Assembly: GCA_002633005.1 (NCBI GenBank)
Contig: NMRA01000330.1
Coordinates: 437,705 to 501,704 of the forward strand
DNA: 64,000 bases
Reading direction: 5' to 3'
Source of the DNA: Phoronis australis
Taxonomy: Eukaryota > Animalia > Phoronida
The position numbers and the translations under genes were made by a program. This document shows, one piece after another, positions 49,901 to 62,118 of this stretch. Each line of letters begins with the position of its first letter. Position 1 is the first letter of the stretch. Under the pieces are notes generated by a model. The model made no database searches and was not told the origin of the DNA. It saw only the letters and a program-made list of their open reading frames with translations.

Positions 49901-52900
49901 AGCCCAGAAGTGAATCAATTTCAAAAATTAACCATCAAAGTCGTAACCCACTAAATACTTGACCTAAACTTGACAAAGTATACAATACAGGACTACTTAA
50001 TAGCTTAATCATCTAGACTTTAAAACCAGTATATGAATAGAGACTTCGAAAAGTATCTGTTAGTATAAATAATTATTACTTTTCAAACAAGAGCAAAGCC
50101 GAGCGTTGAAATGCGCCCATGAATGCACTACAAAGGTGTGTTTCTAGGGTGTTAGGGTGTTTATTTGTATCATTAAAATGGCCACTAGATAGTGCAAAAT
50201 ATTTCGAATCCATCAAAAAACTGGAAAATGTCACCAGGTTTTTAACAGAAAGCTATTTACCACTATGAATTTCATGAAAATCCGTCAAAAGACTTAAGCA
50301 AAACAGAAATTGCCACTAGGGGACAAAGGTTCATCGGATCCGTCTGAAAGTTGCCATCTTCCGTTGTCAATGTCATATAAACACACTTGCTAAATTTAAT
50401 TTTTAAACGTTCTACAGAGGGCTTAGGAGAAACAGCTAAAGGCACAAAAAACTGCCACTATGAGGCGCCACAGTAATTGAAGACGGAAAATTATCGTCAA
50501 CCGTCCTTCACACTAACACATTAATATAAGCCAATTTTCACAATCATCCTTAGAGTGGTTTGGTTGACAGAGGGCGGATGGCAAAAACAGACTAGAAAAC
50601 AGAAAAAAATGGCCACTAGATGGCGCAAAATATGCCGAATCCAACTGAAAACTGGAAAATGTCACTGTTTCTCTAAAAGAAAACTATTTTATTAACAAAT
50701 TTCATGAAAATTCATCGAGAAACTTCAGCTAAACAGAGGAAAACAGAAAAAATTATATTGCCTCAAGAGGGCAGTGTTAGTCAGACCTGTCAGAAAGTCA
50801 TCGTCTTCCGTTGCTAACTTTATATTAAACACATTTGCTACATTTAATAAAGATCCTGTAAAGCGTTAAGAAGATACAGCCATGAGCACAAAAACAAACA
50901 AAACTGCCAATAGGAGTCGCCACAGTAGTCGAAGTCGTCGGAAAATCATCGGCAACCGTCCTCTTCATAGTAAGAACATACATGTCAATTTTCGCGATCA
51001 TCCTTAGAGTGGTTTGGTTGACATAGGGGCGGACGCCAAACATTAGACTCGAAAATAGTAAACATGGCCCCTAGATGGTGCAAAATGCCTCGAATCCGTC
51101 CGAAAGCGGGAGGATAGCATCAGCTCATTTATAGATGCCTATGTGCCAAGTTTCATGAAAATCAGTTGAGGACCTTTGAAGACACAGAGGCAAATGTACA
51201 AAATTAAAATTGCCACTAGGGGGCACAGCAGTATTTGGGTCGGTCCAAAACTTGTCGCCCTCTGTTATGAACCCCAAAGGAACACACCTGCCAAATTTCA
51301 ATTAGATCCTGTAAGGGGACGCCGGATGCCCAGACAGAGATGACGGCAATATGCACCCACATGTAAATATGTGGACAATAAAAAGTTGACAAAGGTCATC
51401 TTGTTGAAAAATCCGAAATTTCAGAGCAACAATTTGTTAATGCACACACCGATTACCTCCAGCATTCTCAACAACTTCCTATTTACAATCTTTGACATAT
51501 CTCCTGAGGAGCTATAAAGCCGACTTAAGGCATACATGGGACCAGAAAAAAATGTCCACCTTTGGAACGTCCCCGGACATCTCAGAAATGACAGATTGGA
51601 TTCATGAGAGAATTTCAGATATTGCCATTATGCACTGTTCTTCAAAATCTTTTTGGAATTTCTTTTAAAAGTTTCCTCTTTTGCATGAGGGCTATTTTGT
51701 TATGCAAAAACTATCTGTATTACCACAATTTTCCATTATGACGGCCAAGTGCTCATGGAATTCCCCACCAGGGGGAGCTAGAACGATTCTTGACTGGTCA
51801 TTACCTGCCATGACAGACAAGGGAACCACATTTTCTCTACTCATGTTTGGCATGTATCGTACTTACCATGTGTCAGCTGTTCATCGTCGACCTGTAGTGA
51901 CTTTAGTTCACTCTCTGCCTGGAAAGGAAGTGAACGATCATGTGTACTATATTGTTTTGGAAAATTTGACTCTTGTCGTTTACCTTGAAGGCATCAGTAT
52001 TACAAGTTTTACTTCACAAGGGCATCCTTTTTGTCAGTTATTCCAAAACATGTCTGACATTATTTCCAAGTTTAAGTTTGACTTTTCTTTACATTATTCC
52101 AAAGGGATGGAATCATTAGGGAGAGAGGGTGCTTGAAGGGAGGAGGTGAGGGGGACATGAAAGAAGGGAGGGAGCAAGAGGGAAAGTAAAGATGGGAGGG
52201 GGTGAGGAGGACAGGAAGGACGGGAGGGGCAAGGGGAACAGGAAGGGGCGAGGGGGAAAGAGAGGGGGTGCCAGAAAGAAACGAAGGGAGGGAGGGGGAC
52301 CAGGTGGAAAGGAAGGAAGGATGGGAGAGAACAAACCAAATACCTTTCTCAACAACTGCATAGCTTCGTTGACCCTGCCTTGATGGAATGACAAGATACC
52401 TTGCAACAAATGTAGCCTCATGAACAGTGCAGTCTCTGTGCCCACCTCTCCCTGCAACATGAGGTTCAGACTCTCTTCCCAGCTCACACTCCCAGATAAA
52501 GGCTCACATAACATCACGAATAGTTCAAACTCTCTGCACAATCACCTTGCCATATAAGGTTGATGTAACCTAATTTATGAATAGCTCTCAGACTCTCTGC
52601 CCAACTAACCTTGCCATACAAGGTTCATGTGCAGCCGATTAGTCATGAGCACCCAGAGAAAAATGCACATTAAACTTTCTAATTGCTTCAAAAACCTAAA
52701 TACATTTTAATGAGACTGAGGTGCAGTGAGTAAATATATGCCTCAGTCAAATGGAAAATAACGTAGATTTAATGGATTTTAATAAAAACTTCATGCACAA
52801 TCAATTGCGACCATAAATTAAATAAATTATTGCCGAACTTTTAAATTTTGTACAAACAGCATTAGTCCTGTGCTTTCTGTAAAAACAAGTTTTGATTCAT

Positions 52901-55900
52901 CCCACTTACCATGCGGTTATAAAATTGCTTTTGTCTCGTTCCATGCTCAGTTAAGAGGTGGCAGGCATGGGAAGAACAGACAGTTCAGACCTGGCTCACT
53001 CTATACAAACAACAAACTGACAGACAAGTTCTCTCCACTCACAGAAATCGCACCTAACTTGACAGGAACAATTTGGGGCCAATTTTATAATCATGGTATT
53101 ACTAAGTGACCTAATCGAAAGCGTGTTTTTTTTGACAGAAAGCATGGGTTCAATTATGTTGCTTTAAAATAGCTGGCTTTTATCACCTTGACAGCTTTCA
53201 GTCGTTCTAAGTTGGCACCATAACTTTTGTAGAAGCACTGTTCACAAGTCGTCAATCTGACTTCTGAAAACAAAGAAAACACTGTCAAGAAAACACTGTC
53301 AAGAAAACAATGCCAAGCTGGCAGAAACATGCGTTCAGTAGTTTTGCTCACAATTTTTCCAGATGAACTCCATAAAAAAACTATGCATCTCAGACATGTC
53401 TGCATGCGGTGTATGTGTAGTGACATTGAGATACGCCTGCACACAGTGTATGTGGGGTGACAGTGAGATACGCCTGCACCCAGTGTATGTGGGGTGACAG
53501 TGAGATACGCCTGCACCCAGTGTATGTGGGGTGACAGTGAGATACACTTACACGCAGTGTATGTGGGGTGACGGGGATGTGCCCGCATGCAGGGTGTGTG
53601 GGGTGATGGGGATGTGCCTGCACGTGGTTTATGTGGGCTGACAGGAAGATTTGTGTACACGTAGTGTAAGTGGGCTGACATGGAGATGTGTCCGCATGCA
53701 GTGCATGAGGGGTGACAGTGAAGAAATGAGAACTGTCTGTTAAAAAGTTGTGTCCAAAATTGATCACAATTTGATCTTTAATAAGATCAGAAATGATTTT
53801 CGTTACTGATTGAGACAATGCTTGGCACATAAAATGACCTGCTAACTGGAAGAACGTTATCTGAAGCAATAATGAACCTCAGTCCATTAATTCTTCTCAA
53901 GGCCTGAAATGACCTCCAGTTTGACCTTGGAATAATTTGAGACCAAATTCGTAGTGGTAAGTGATCTGAACCAAAAGTCATTTTTTGTGATATAAGGTGA
54001 GTTTATAGCCACTATAATATACCATAATGACAAGAAGAAAAAAACAATACCAGATCTAACAAAAGAGTGGGTCTAAACTGACCACAACCTTATCACTTGC
54101 CTCTTTGCTGTCCAATCCAGTCAAAGCCATAAGTGGTTTTGTCATGGATTTCAGACATCGATATCGCTAACTTTTAAGAACCCTGGATTTTCAAAACTTC
54201 CGGTTGAATGATGTAAGCATACCTGCGTCAGGTAACTTGCGAATATTAAGCAAACCTGCGCCAGGCAACTCACAAATATTAAGCATACCTGCGTCAGGTA
54301 ACTTACGAATATTAAGTATACCTGCGTCAGGTAACTTACAAATATCAAGCATACCTGCATCAGGTAACTCACGAATATTAAGCATACCTGCATCAGGTAA
54401 CTCACGAATATTACGCAAACCTGCGTCAGGTAACTCACGAATATTAAGCATACCTGCATCAGGTAACTCGCGAATATTACGCATGCACAGGTAACACCAA
54501 ACTATGTCCAGACACAACACAGCGTAATTATCCACACAGTTTAGGATGTCGGCGCGACATTTCTTGAACTCTTCGTCCGCCTCCAGCAGATAGAGCAGGC
54601 CTTCAGAATACTGCTGTTGCTTCAGCACAGACTTGCCTTTCTCATGCAAGGTCATGGCCAAGGCCAGAGCCTAGGGTCAGCAATGAAAAGAACAAATAAA
54701 AATTATAACAATGGAAACAAATATCAAGAGGAGCAATGTTACACTGATTGCTCACAGAATGAATATATGCCAATTTTCAAAATCATCCCTAAAGCGGTTT
54801 GGTTGATAGAACGGCGGACGCCAAAAAACAGACTCGAAAACAGTAAAAATGGCCACTAGGTGGCGCAAAGTACCTCGAATCCGTCCCAAAATGAGAGGAT
54901 GGCATCACCACACTAACAGATGTCTAACTGTTAAATTTTATGAAAATCCATAGAGGACCCCCAAATCTACAGACTGGTAAGCGTAAAAAAATTAAAATTG
55001 TCACTAGGGGGAACAACAGTAGTCGGAGAGGTCCGAAATTTGTTGTCATCCTTCGTCAGCTTCATGGAAACACATCTGCCAAATCTAATTAAGATCCTAT
55101 GAGGGCTTAAGGAGATAAAGCCGTGGGCGCAAAAACAAACAAAACTGCCACTGGAAGGCGCCACAGTTGTCGGAAAATCGTCAGTCGCCCTCTTCACAGT
55201 AAGAACATGAGAACTTTCAAAATCATCCCTATAACACCTTGGTTGATAGAATGGCGGACGCCTAACAACAAATTTTAAGAAAATTCGTTGAGGACCTCCA
55301 AAGATACAGAAGTAAGATAAAAAAACTAAATTGCCACTAGGGTGCACACCGGTAGCTGGGGAGGTCCGAAATTCGTTGTCGTCCGTCGTCAGCTTCATAC
55401 AAACACATCTGCCAAATCTCATCAAGATCCTGTGAGGGTTTTAGGAGATACAGCTGCGGACGCCGCACACTCGGACGCCCAGACAGAGATGACGGCAATA
55501 TGGGATCAAATATAAACATGTAGGCGCATAAAAATGAAAGAAAACATGGACACTGGACCAGGTTCTACCAACCTACCTTACTTTCTTCAGCTGGTAACTT
55601 GAGGGGCTTGCCAGTCTGGTCAGCTATCTGCACCTCATACTTCTTGTCAGGATCATTGTCTGAATCATAGCAAGCATTATAAGCTGAGTTAAAGGGGTTA
55701 CAAACATAGTTCTGGCCAATTAACAGAATACTAAACACGACTTTCCTAATCTGGTTCAATCTCTGAAACAAAATTATGCTCTCATGACTGTAACCCTTGA
55801 CAACACTCAAGCGTTTTGAGAAAAATTTGAAAACTCCTTTTGAAGTCTTCTAAATGCGCAAACGTTACCTAATACACTTTCAGTGAAATACATGGCATCT

Positions 55901-58900
55901 ATGGGAAAAGATCACACACCAAGGACCATAATGTCCAATTTGCGAGATAGGGGGTATGAGTTTTTAGTTTAGTTGATTCCTGCTTGTATCTAGTTTCAAG
56001 ATTGATACAATTTAGGGGATTTTATCTATGGTGCTCCTTTTGTTTTTCAAATGCATTATGAGATGGCTGTCAACTCACAAACATCCAATGACATTACAGA
56101 ACAATGACAACAAACAGCATTTGTCACCAAAATTGGAGGCACGGGTCCACTGCAACATGTTTTTGCCATGAGTAAGACTAATAACCATATCGTGTAATAT
56201 TTAATTTATAAAAAATTTAAGTGATTGTTACAAATGCATCGAATAAATTGACTGTCAGCAAATCAATGCCACAATGAGCCAGTAAAGAGCCTGGTGATAA
56301 ACCTGTGACCGGTCTTTTGTTCTGTGTCATTTCGCTCTGCATAACAGATTGTTTGTCCAAGCAGCTACCCTATAATTTCATTACATAAAGACCCTGTCAT
56401 GCAAAACTCGTAGTGTCTGGAATTTGACAAGTATCAACTTACAGATAAAATCTAAAACCATCAGTGTCCAAAATTTCAAAATCAGGAAAATTCCACGCAG
56501 TTCCGTATTTCAGACTTCAATTCGTTAGGTTAAATGATGTTGCCAACACAGGTGGCATGCAAACCACACTTTAAAACGTTTGTAAATGTCAGTTTTCAAT
56601 GAGCTAAAAACTCACCATCAATACTTTCTGACAACAGCTGGGCTGCTTCTTTAGTCTTAGCTAACTTGGAGAAATACTCAGACTCTCGACTTGCAGCTTC
56701 TGTTGTGCCCACAGCCATGACTGTCGCGTTGTTCTAGAAAAGACAAGTTAACTCTTCATCAGTTGCTAATCACAATAACTCGCATGAACAAGAACTATTC
56801 CTCAAGCTGACTTCGGAATGTGGCAGATGCATGGCCAGTGTATCATAATGCATGGCCAGTGTATCATAATGCATGGCCAGTGTATCATAATGCATGGCCA
56901 CTGTATCATAATGCATGGCCACTGTATCAGAATGCATGGCCACTGTATCATAATACATGGCCACTGTATCATAATGCATGGCCACTGTATCATAATGCAT
57001 GGCCAGTGTATTATAATGCATGCATGGCCAGTGTATCACTTTGGCATATGTCAGAATTACCAAAATTACACAACAAAAACCTACTATTGCCCACCTTCAC
57101 ATTTTGCTCTACCAAAGCTGTATTATCCTGAATAATGCGTCCACAGCAGATCAACTTCAACAGCTCTGATGTAGTCTGGCATTTCTCAGCCACCCTGTGT
57201 TTAAGATTCAGTCCAGTGGAGTCGAGAGGGATCTCAACAGTGAATGATTTAGGTCCGCCCTGCAACATACAACAAACATCAAATTCAAGCACACACTAAA
57301 CTATTAGCATCAAGGTACCTTACAGCAAAAATCTTCAGCGACTTTTTGTTACTAGTATTCGAAAAACTTGACCACGTTACTTCCTATGGCTGTGTAATGA
57401 ATGGATTGTGGTGATACTGGCAGTGATGAAGAGGTCTATGATTAGGAAAGTGATGATAATTCACGATATGGTGGCAACAAAAAAGATGACAAAAGTGATG
57501 ACGACGATGATGATGATGATGGAAATGATGATGAAGATGATCATGATAATGAAGACAATGGTAATGATGATAATGGCGATGAAGATGATGAAAATGAAGA
57601 TGATGAAAATGACGAAGAAGATGATGATGACGATGTAGATGATAACTATGAATATGATGACGACGAAGATGAAGATGATGATGAAGATGATGATGACGAC
57701 GAAGGTGAAGATGATGATGAAGATGATGATGAAGACGAAGATGATGATAAAGATAATGGCTGTGAGGATGATGACACTTCTAAAGATAGTCAGTTCCTGG
57801 AAGTCCTATCTGCAGTCCTATCAGACATAACTAACTATAATAATAATTATTACAACTACACCAGAGCATAGTTCACACACTGACCTGTTTGACTACTAAG
57901 CCCGCCATTCTCACTTTCACCGTGGCAACACCTGACTTCTGGAATCTCTTCCGTGCCGATAGTTTGTCCACAGCATGCTGCCTCAGTCTCTCCAGTATCT
58001 GCTCAACCTGCGCACTGTCCAGACCCAAGTGGCTAGAGTACTGGTCAATCAGAGCCTGTGAAAGAGACCTCGGTACACATAATGTGTCAATACAGTGGTG
58101 TGGTGATCAGTTGAATATTTCTATTTCACAGTTGAAAAACAAAATCTTGGTACACACAGCACCCAATAACCAGTTTGTAAATATTATGATGAGAATTTAG
58201 TTGGATTTGAAGATTCCATAATATCAATAAACTAATAGATAAAATAAATAAGAAGGAATCGGGCCATTGGATTTACAGACACGACCTGTAATGATTGTGG
58301 CAACAGATTTGAACAAAAGCACAACAGATAAAGTATTCACAAGACTGGTCACTTAATTTTTAATAACGCTCAGTTCAACTGAAAGCCACACGTCATTCAA
58401 AATGTAGTGGGGACATTGTATGTTCAAGTGAAATTGTCACATATTAACACAATGATAGTTTTGGGAATCAACATAGCAAGAACTAGGGTTGAAACTTCGT
58501 CAAGTCGTAAAAATACGAATGTCATAAAACTTAGAGACACATAAACACTGATGAGAGATAGCGACACTGGTTTCCGTTTTCAGAAGCATAGTTTTCCATT
58601 TTAAAAACATAAAATTCCATTTTTCGCTTTTTGTACATTTAAGCAAAATTCTGTTTTACTCTATTTAAGTGGTAAATTACATGAATACCTTTACTGATGA
58701 ATTATGCAACAGCACTCCTTTAAAGATAACTGCCTGCCATGTTTATTGTTTCTCAAAATTGGAAATAGATGAGTGGCACTTTCAGTAATAGCACAGCGCC
58801 CCTTCAGTAAGAATGAGCAACTATTTGAACATGTCCGCTACAAAATGAAAAATGATTGATTTAAGGCCAAAATTGCTGAATTTTATAAACAATTATTATA

Positions 58901-59569
58901 ATTATTACTGACGCTCATCCATGAATTTTGTTTTCCACTCTCCCAGAAAACCAGGGTCTCTGCAGTCGCCAACCTGGGTCAGTTAATAGAAGGAGGCAGG
59001 TCAGATTTGGAAATAAATCTATCTAGTACTCAACTAACGGGAGAATTGTTACAGCTGAGTTTCTATCAAGTACCAGGGTCAAATCTTAATACTTGAGCAT
59101 ATTTTTTCAAATTTTTTGTCTTTTTTGTGCGAACTCACTCAAGATAAGTGTCTAATATTGTGTGCTCAAGTATATTGCGGTTTACACAGACGAGAATCAA
59201 TAATCAAGTTCTCACTCGTTCCAAGTAAAAACTTAAACATTTGACTTCAGACTCATTCGTTTAATTGTACTAGTGTCATCAACTTCAAACTAGTCAGTCG
59301 TCCACATCAACCATAGTATACTCAAGCACAGCTTGATAAGGCCCTAGGACCAGGAGTCTTTGATCAATTGATCATTTGCACACCATAAACACACAGTCAA
59401 GTCATAATCAGCATATTTTGTGAGTGTATACCTGTGGTTTCTCTCCTTTCAATCCTTCCTCAGTAGTATACGGTGGGAACCACAGCTGCACCTTGTCCCG
59501 AGTCAAGTGTGAACGGATGATATTTTCAAGTTCATCTTGCTGACAAATGTTACTGTCCGAGTTATCCAT
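43997..59569 (-). CDS. NUB1: NEDD8 ultimate buster 1 (UBL domain plus UBA domains), 15 coding exons, 608 aa
   Basis: Exons (-): 59432-59569, 57885-58055, 57095-57259, 56616-56733, 55577-55659, 54454-54670, 53187-53263, 52344-52451, 51867-51918, 49708-49808, 47885-47973, 46860-46965, 46418-46489, 45089-45248, 43997-44166 (1827 nt, phases consistent). Motifs: [87 protein letters not shown] and [13 protein letters not shown]-terminal [12 protein letters not shown]. An acceptor near 59593 implies an upstream 5'UTR exon. The donor at 45089 is the least certain boundary. Confidence 0.93.
48814..49037. repeat. 69-bp tandem repeat, ~3.2 copies, each containing the palindrome tgtgaaatttcaca
   Basis: Unit starts at 48814, 48883, 48952 and 49021. 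Confidence 0.92.
49187..49479. mobile_element. MITE with ~45-bp imperfect TIRs in a NUB1 intron
   Basis: ccgggggtcacccatattgactaggtgcccgcaggcatgcacca pairs with tggtacacacctgcgggcaccttgtcgatatgagtgaaccccccagg. No TSD identified. Confidence 0.65.
50086..51384 (+). mobile_element. Helentron-associated (HINE/Pearl-like) non-autonomous element with internal ~145-bp tandem array, in a NUB1 intron
   Basis: Starts aacaagagc and has 8 degenerate ~130-160 bp units, a short ggac/agac tract and a 3' hairpin ccacatgtaaatatgtgg followed by acaataaaaa. This architecture matches Pearl/DINE-1-type elements. Confidence 0.6.
52120..52330. repeat. Polypurine G/A-rich low-complexity tract (NUB1 intron)
   Basis: Almost exclusively G and A on the + strand. 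A similar tract lies at 6965-7060 in a ZnT intron. Confidence 0.85.
53400..53720. repeat. 37-bp minisatellite, ~8-9 degenerate copies
   Basis: Unit cagtgtatgtggggtgacagtgagatacgcctgcacc. Confidence 0.88.
54214..54485. repeat. 33-bp minisatellite (8 copies) spanning a NUB1 exon/intron junction
   Basis: Unit taagcatacctgcgtcaggtaactcacgaatat; the last copy overlaps the coding exon end at 54454. Confidence 0.95.
54755..55535 (+). mobile_element. Second, 5'-truncated copy of the same HINE/Pearl-like element in another NUB1 intron
   Basis: Colinear with 50970-51384 and 50860-51040. Shares the 3' end gcccagacagagatgacggcaatatg. Confidence 0.6.
56827..57038. repeat. 21-bp minisatellite, ~10 copies
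   Basis: Unit atgcatggccagtgtatcata. Confidence 0.93.
57410..57775. repeat. Degenerate (GAT/GAA/GAC)n trinucleotide tract in NUB1 intron 2
   Basis: Long gatgat-rich low-complexity tract, with stops in the acidic reading frame. Confidence 0.9.
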
Positions 59570-59990
59570 CTTGCTCAATCTATGGCACCAGCCTGAAACT
59601 ACAGAAATACTTTGTCAATTAAGAGTAAAAATAGCAGAATTGGTTCTGGTCTGGGATTTTTGAAGACCATTGTCTGTATTTTTAAAGAGAAAGACGTCTA
59701 ATGCCAGCTGCTCGAAAAAAGTTTGATTACATGGGAAAGTCATGGGAGCATGTATTCGAGTTTGAAGGAATTAAAGGCATGGACGGCTCCTTAAGATGTC
59801 CCTCTATGTGAAAAAGGTACTTATAACAACATGGCTTTGATGCTTTAATCAGTGTGAGGCATAACTCGCTGAGAAGCGTCCGATATATGAGTTCCACCGT
59901 CCAGACACTAAAAAGGAGAGAAAGAAAGGCAGACGGTGGCGACGGTCGTTGGCACTGTCTAGTAGTCAGTAGTAGTGTCTAGCGAGAGGC

Positions 59991-60905
59991 TAGGCAATGA
60001 CCATCGCCTCTGTTGGCCCGAACCAGAGGCGATGTAGAGGCTATAGGCGCTCTGTACGCCGGAAGCTTTTCGGCGAATTATGCCTCGCACCGACTAAACT
60101 TTCAAAGCCACGTTGTTATAACTACCTTTTGCGCATAGACGAACACCTTAGGAGGTTGTCGATGTGTTTAAGTTCTTCCAACTCGAACAAATACTCCCGT
60201 TATGAAACTTTTTCTTCGAGCACTCCCTATTTCAGTTCCCAAAATCGTGAAATCAAAATTTTCATTTTTTCAACCAGGCCGAAGGTCAGAAGTTGCGATC
60301 CTACCAGCGAACTTTGAAAGCTGAAGTTCCCGCCCTTTGCGTACGTGCTGCCGGGAACCAGCCATGCATTTGCCGTGTTGTTAAACATTAAAATGTCAAA
60401 TATGTGCACAAAGACTTTGAAATGTCATATCAACAGCATTTACTTTTATCAAATACAAACAATAATTCATTGAAATACAAACAGTTTCAAGTAACGCCAA
60501 TTAAAGACAAGTTTAAGTGGTGGCATTTTGGAAACGAACATTTGACTGACAAGACCGCAATGGCTCACCTTTGGCCTACTTAAAAATTATTGCGAGCGCG
60601 ATAAAAGTTGGAGCGTGCGCAGTACAAAAATTTTGATTTCACGATTTTGGGAACTGAAATAGGGACTGCTCGAAGAAAAAGTTTAATAACGGGAGTATTT
60701 GTTCGAGTTGGAAGAACTTAAACACATCGACAACCTCCTAAGGTGTTCGTCTATGCGCAAAAGGTAGTTATAACAACGTGACTTTAATGGTTTAGTCGGT
60801 GCGAGGCATAATTAGCCGAAAAGCTTCCGGCGTACAGAGCGCCTATAGCCTCTACATCGCCTCTGGCTCGGGCCAACACTAAACAGAGGCGATGGTCATT
60901 GCCTA
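59991..60905. mobile_element. Foldback/MULE-like non-autonomous element with ~275-bp TIRs and 9-bp TSD
   Basis: Arms 59991-60262 and 60627-60905 are near-perfect reverse complements. Flanks are gcgagaggc (59982-59990) and gcgaggggc (60906-60914), a 9-bp TSD with one mismatch. Confidence 0.85.
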
Positions 60906-62118
60906 GCGAGGGGCTTGCCATCAGACGTCAATTGTGCCTTCCTATCACGCACCCTCAAATACGCCAGGATATCTGCACCACTAACAGCTAATACACATCT
61001 CAAACTCAACATTCTTACATGAATTATTCAAAATCACTCAAAAGTGCTTAGTCAGTCAGACCAATGTTTTGAAAGTACTCCAAAACCGGAACTTGTCGTC
61101 TGGTCTGGGAAGATATAAAAGTAATTTATGTAGTAATTAAAAATGTAGTAAAGCTGTATATTTATTTACGTTTAAGTAACAAATTAGTATATAGAATCAA
61201 GCAAAGTTAAAAAAGTAAGATTTTTCAAATAATAACATTTTTAAAAGTTTAAAACAGAATTTCTATTAATTTTTAAAACAAAATTAGACGTTTCTGCGGC
61301 TTACTTCAAACCCCCACAGACGGCGGTAGTATATGGGACCCAAATTTGTTGTCGGGGATTTTCTTGGAATACTGTGGCTCGAATAAGACTAATATCCTGA
61401 GTCCGCACATTCATGTCGCTGTTAAGTTTCTTTAATCCGACTACTTGAGTGTATCAAGAAAACGATGCAACAGTAAGTTTCACGAGATTCTTCATTATTT
61501 TTGGTTATTTTTTAGCTAGTCGGACGTAGCGGTCCCACTTTCAACCACCATAACTCATGCTATGAACATTCCCACTAAATAAAATTGGTTCTAACCCCAG
61601 TGGTTAAGGTAAACGGCGGGGTATGGAAAATCAAACTAGACCGTATTTATCCACCTTGGCTGAGTCGCACTCGGCTCACGATCAAAGGGATGCCGCCAGG
61701 CTGCTCTAGTCATCGAGTCACGAGCGAGGATAATTGGCTTCGCTCATGCGGATATGATCAGCTGATTACAATCTAGCTAGCAGACTGTACTTTTTATGGT
61801 GAGAGTTTTACGTAGTTTTTACTGTAATATTTGAAAAGAGGAGCGAAAACAAATATGAGTACAACTTTGAATTTTTCAAATCGGCCCAGGATAAGAGATT
61901 TTGCAACACAGCAACACTCACGATTACTTTCATTCGGCGCGCACTAATACAAAAATATAGGACCCAAGTTATTTAGATTTTGGAACACATGCATTGCAAT
62001 ATTCAAAATACTTTTATTATGAATCTTACAAGCTGTAAAACGACGTTGTTAATTTCATTGTGTTCATTCATTGTCATCCGTCAAATCGGCAATTTCCGAG
62101 ATGTGATCTGCGGCGTGC

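Noticed and set aside
52094-52383. Pro-rich and Gly/Arg-rich ORFs
   Set aside because: Translations of the intronic polypurine tract; only 52344-52451 is NUB1 coding.
56770-57135. Repetitive ORFs ([21 protein letters not shown])
   Set aside because: Translations of a 21-bp intronic minisatellite. The NUB1 exons splice in phase without them.
57408-57830. Met-rich ORFs in the ORF track
   Set aside because: Artefacts of a (GAT)n tract, antisense within NUB1 intron 2; the acidic frame has stops.
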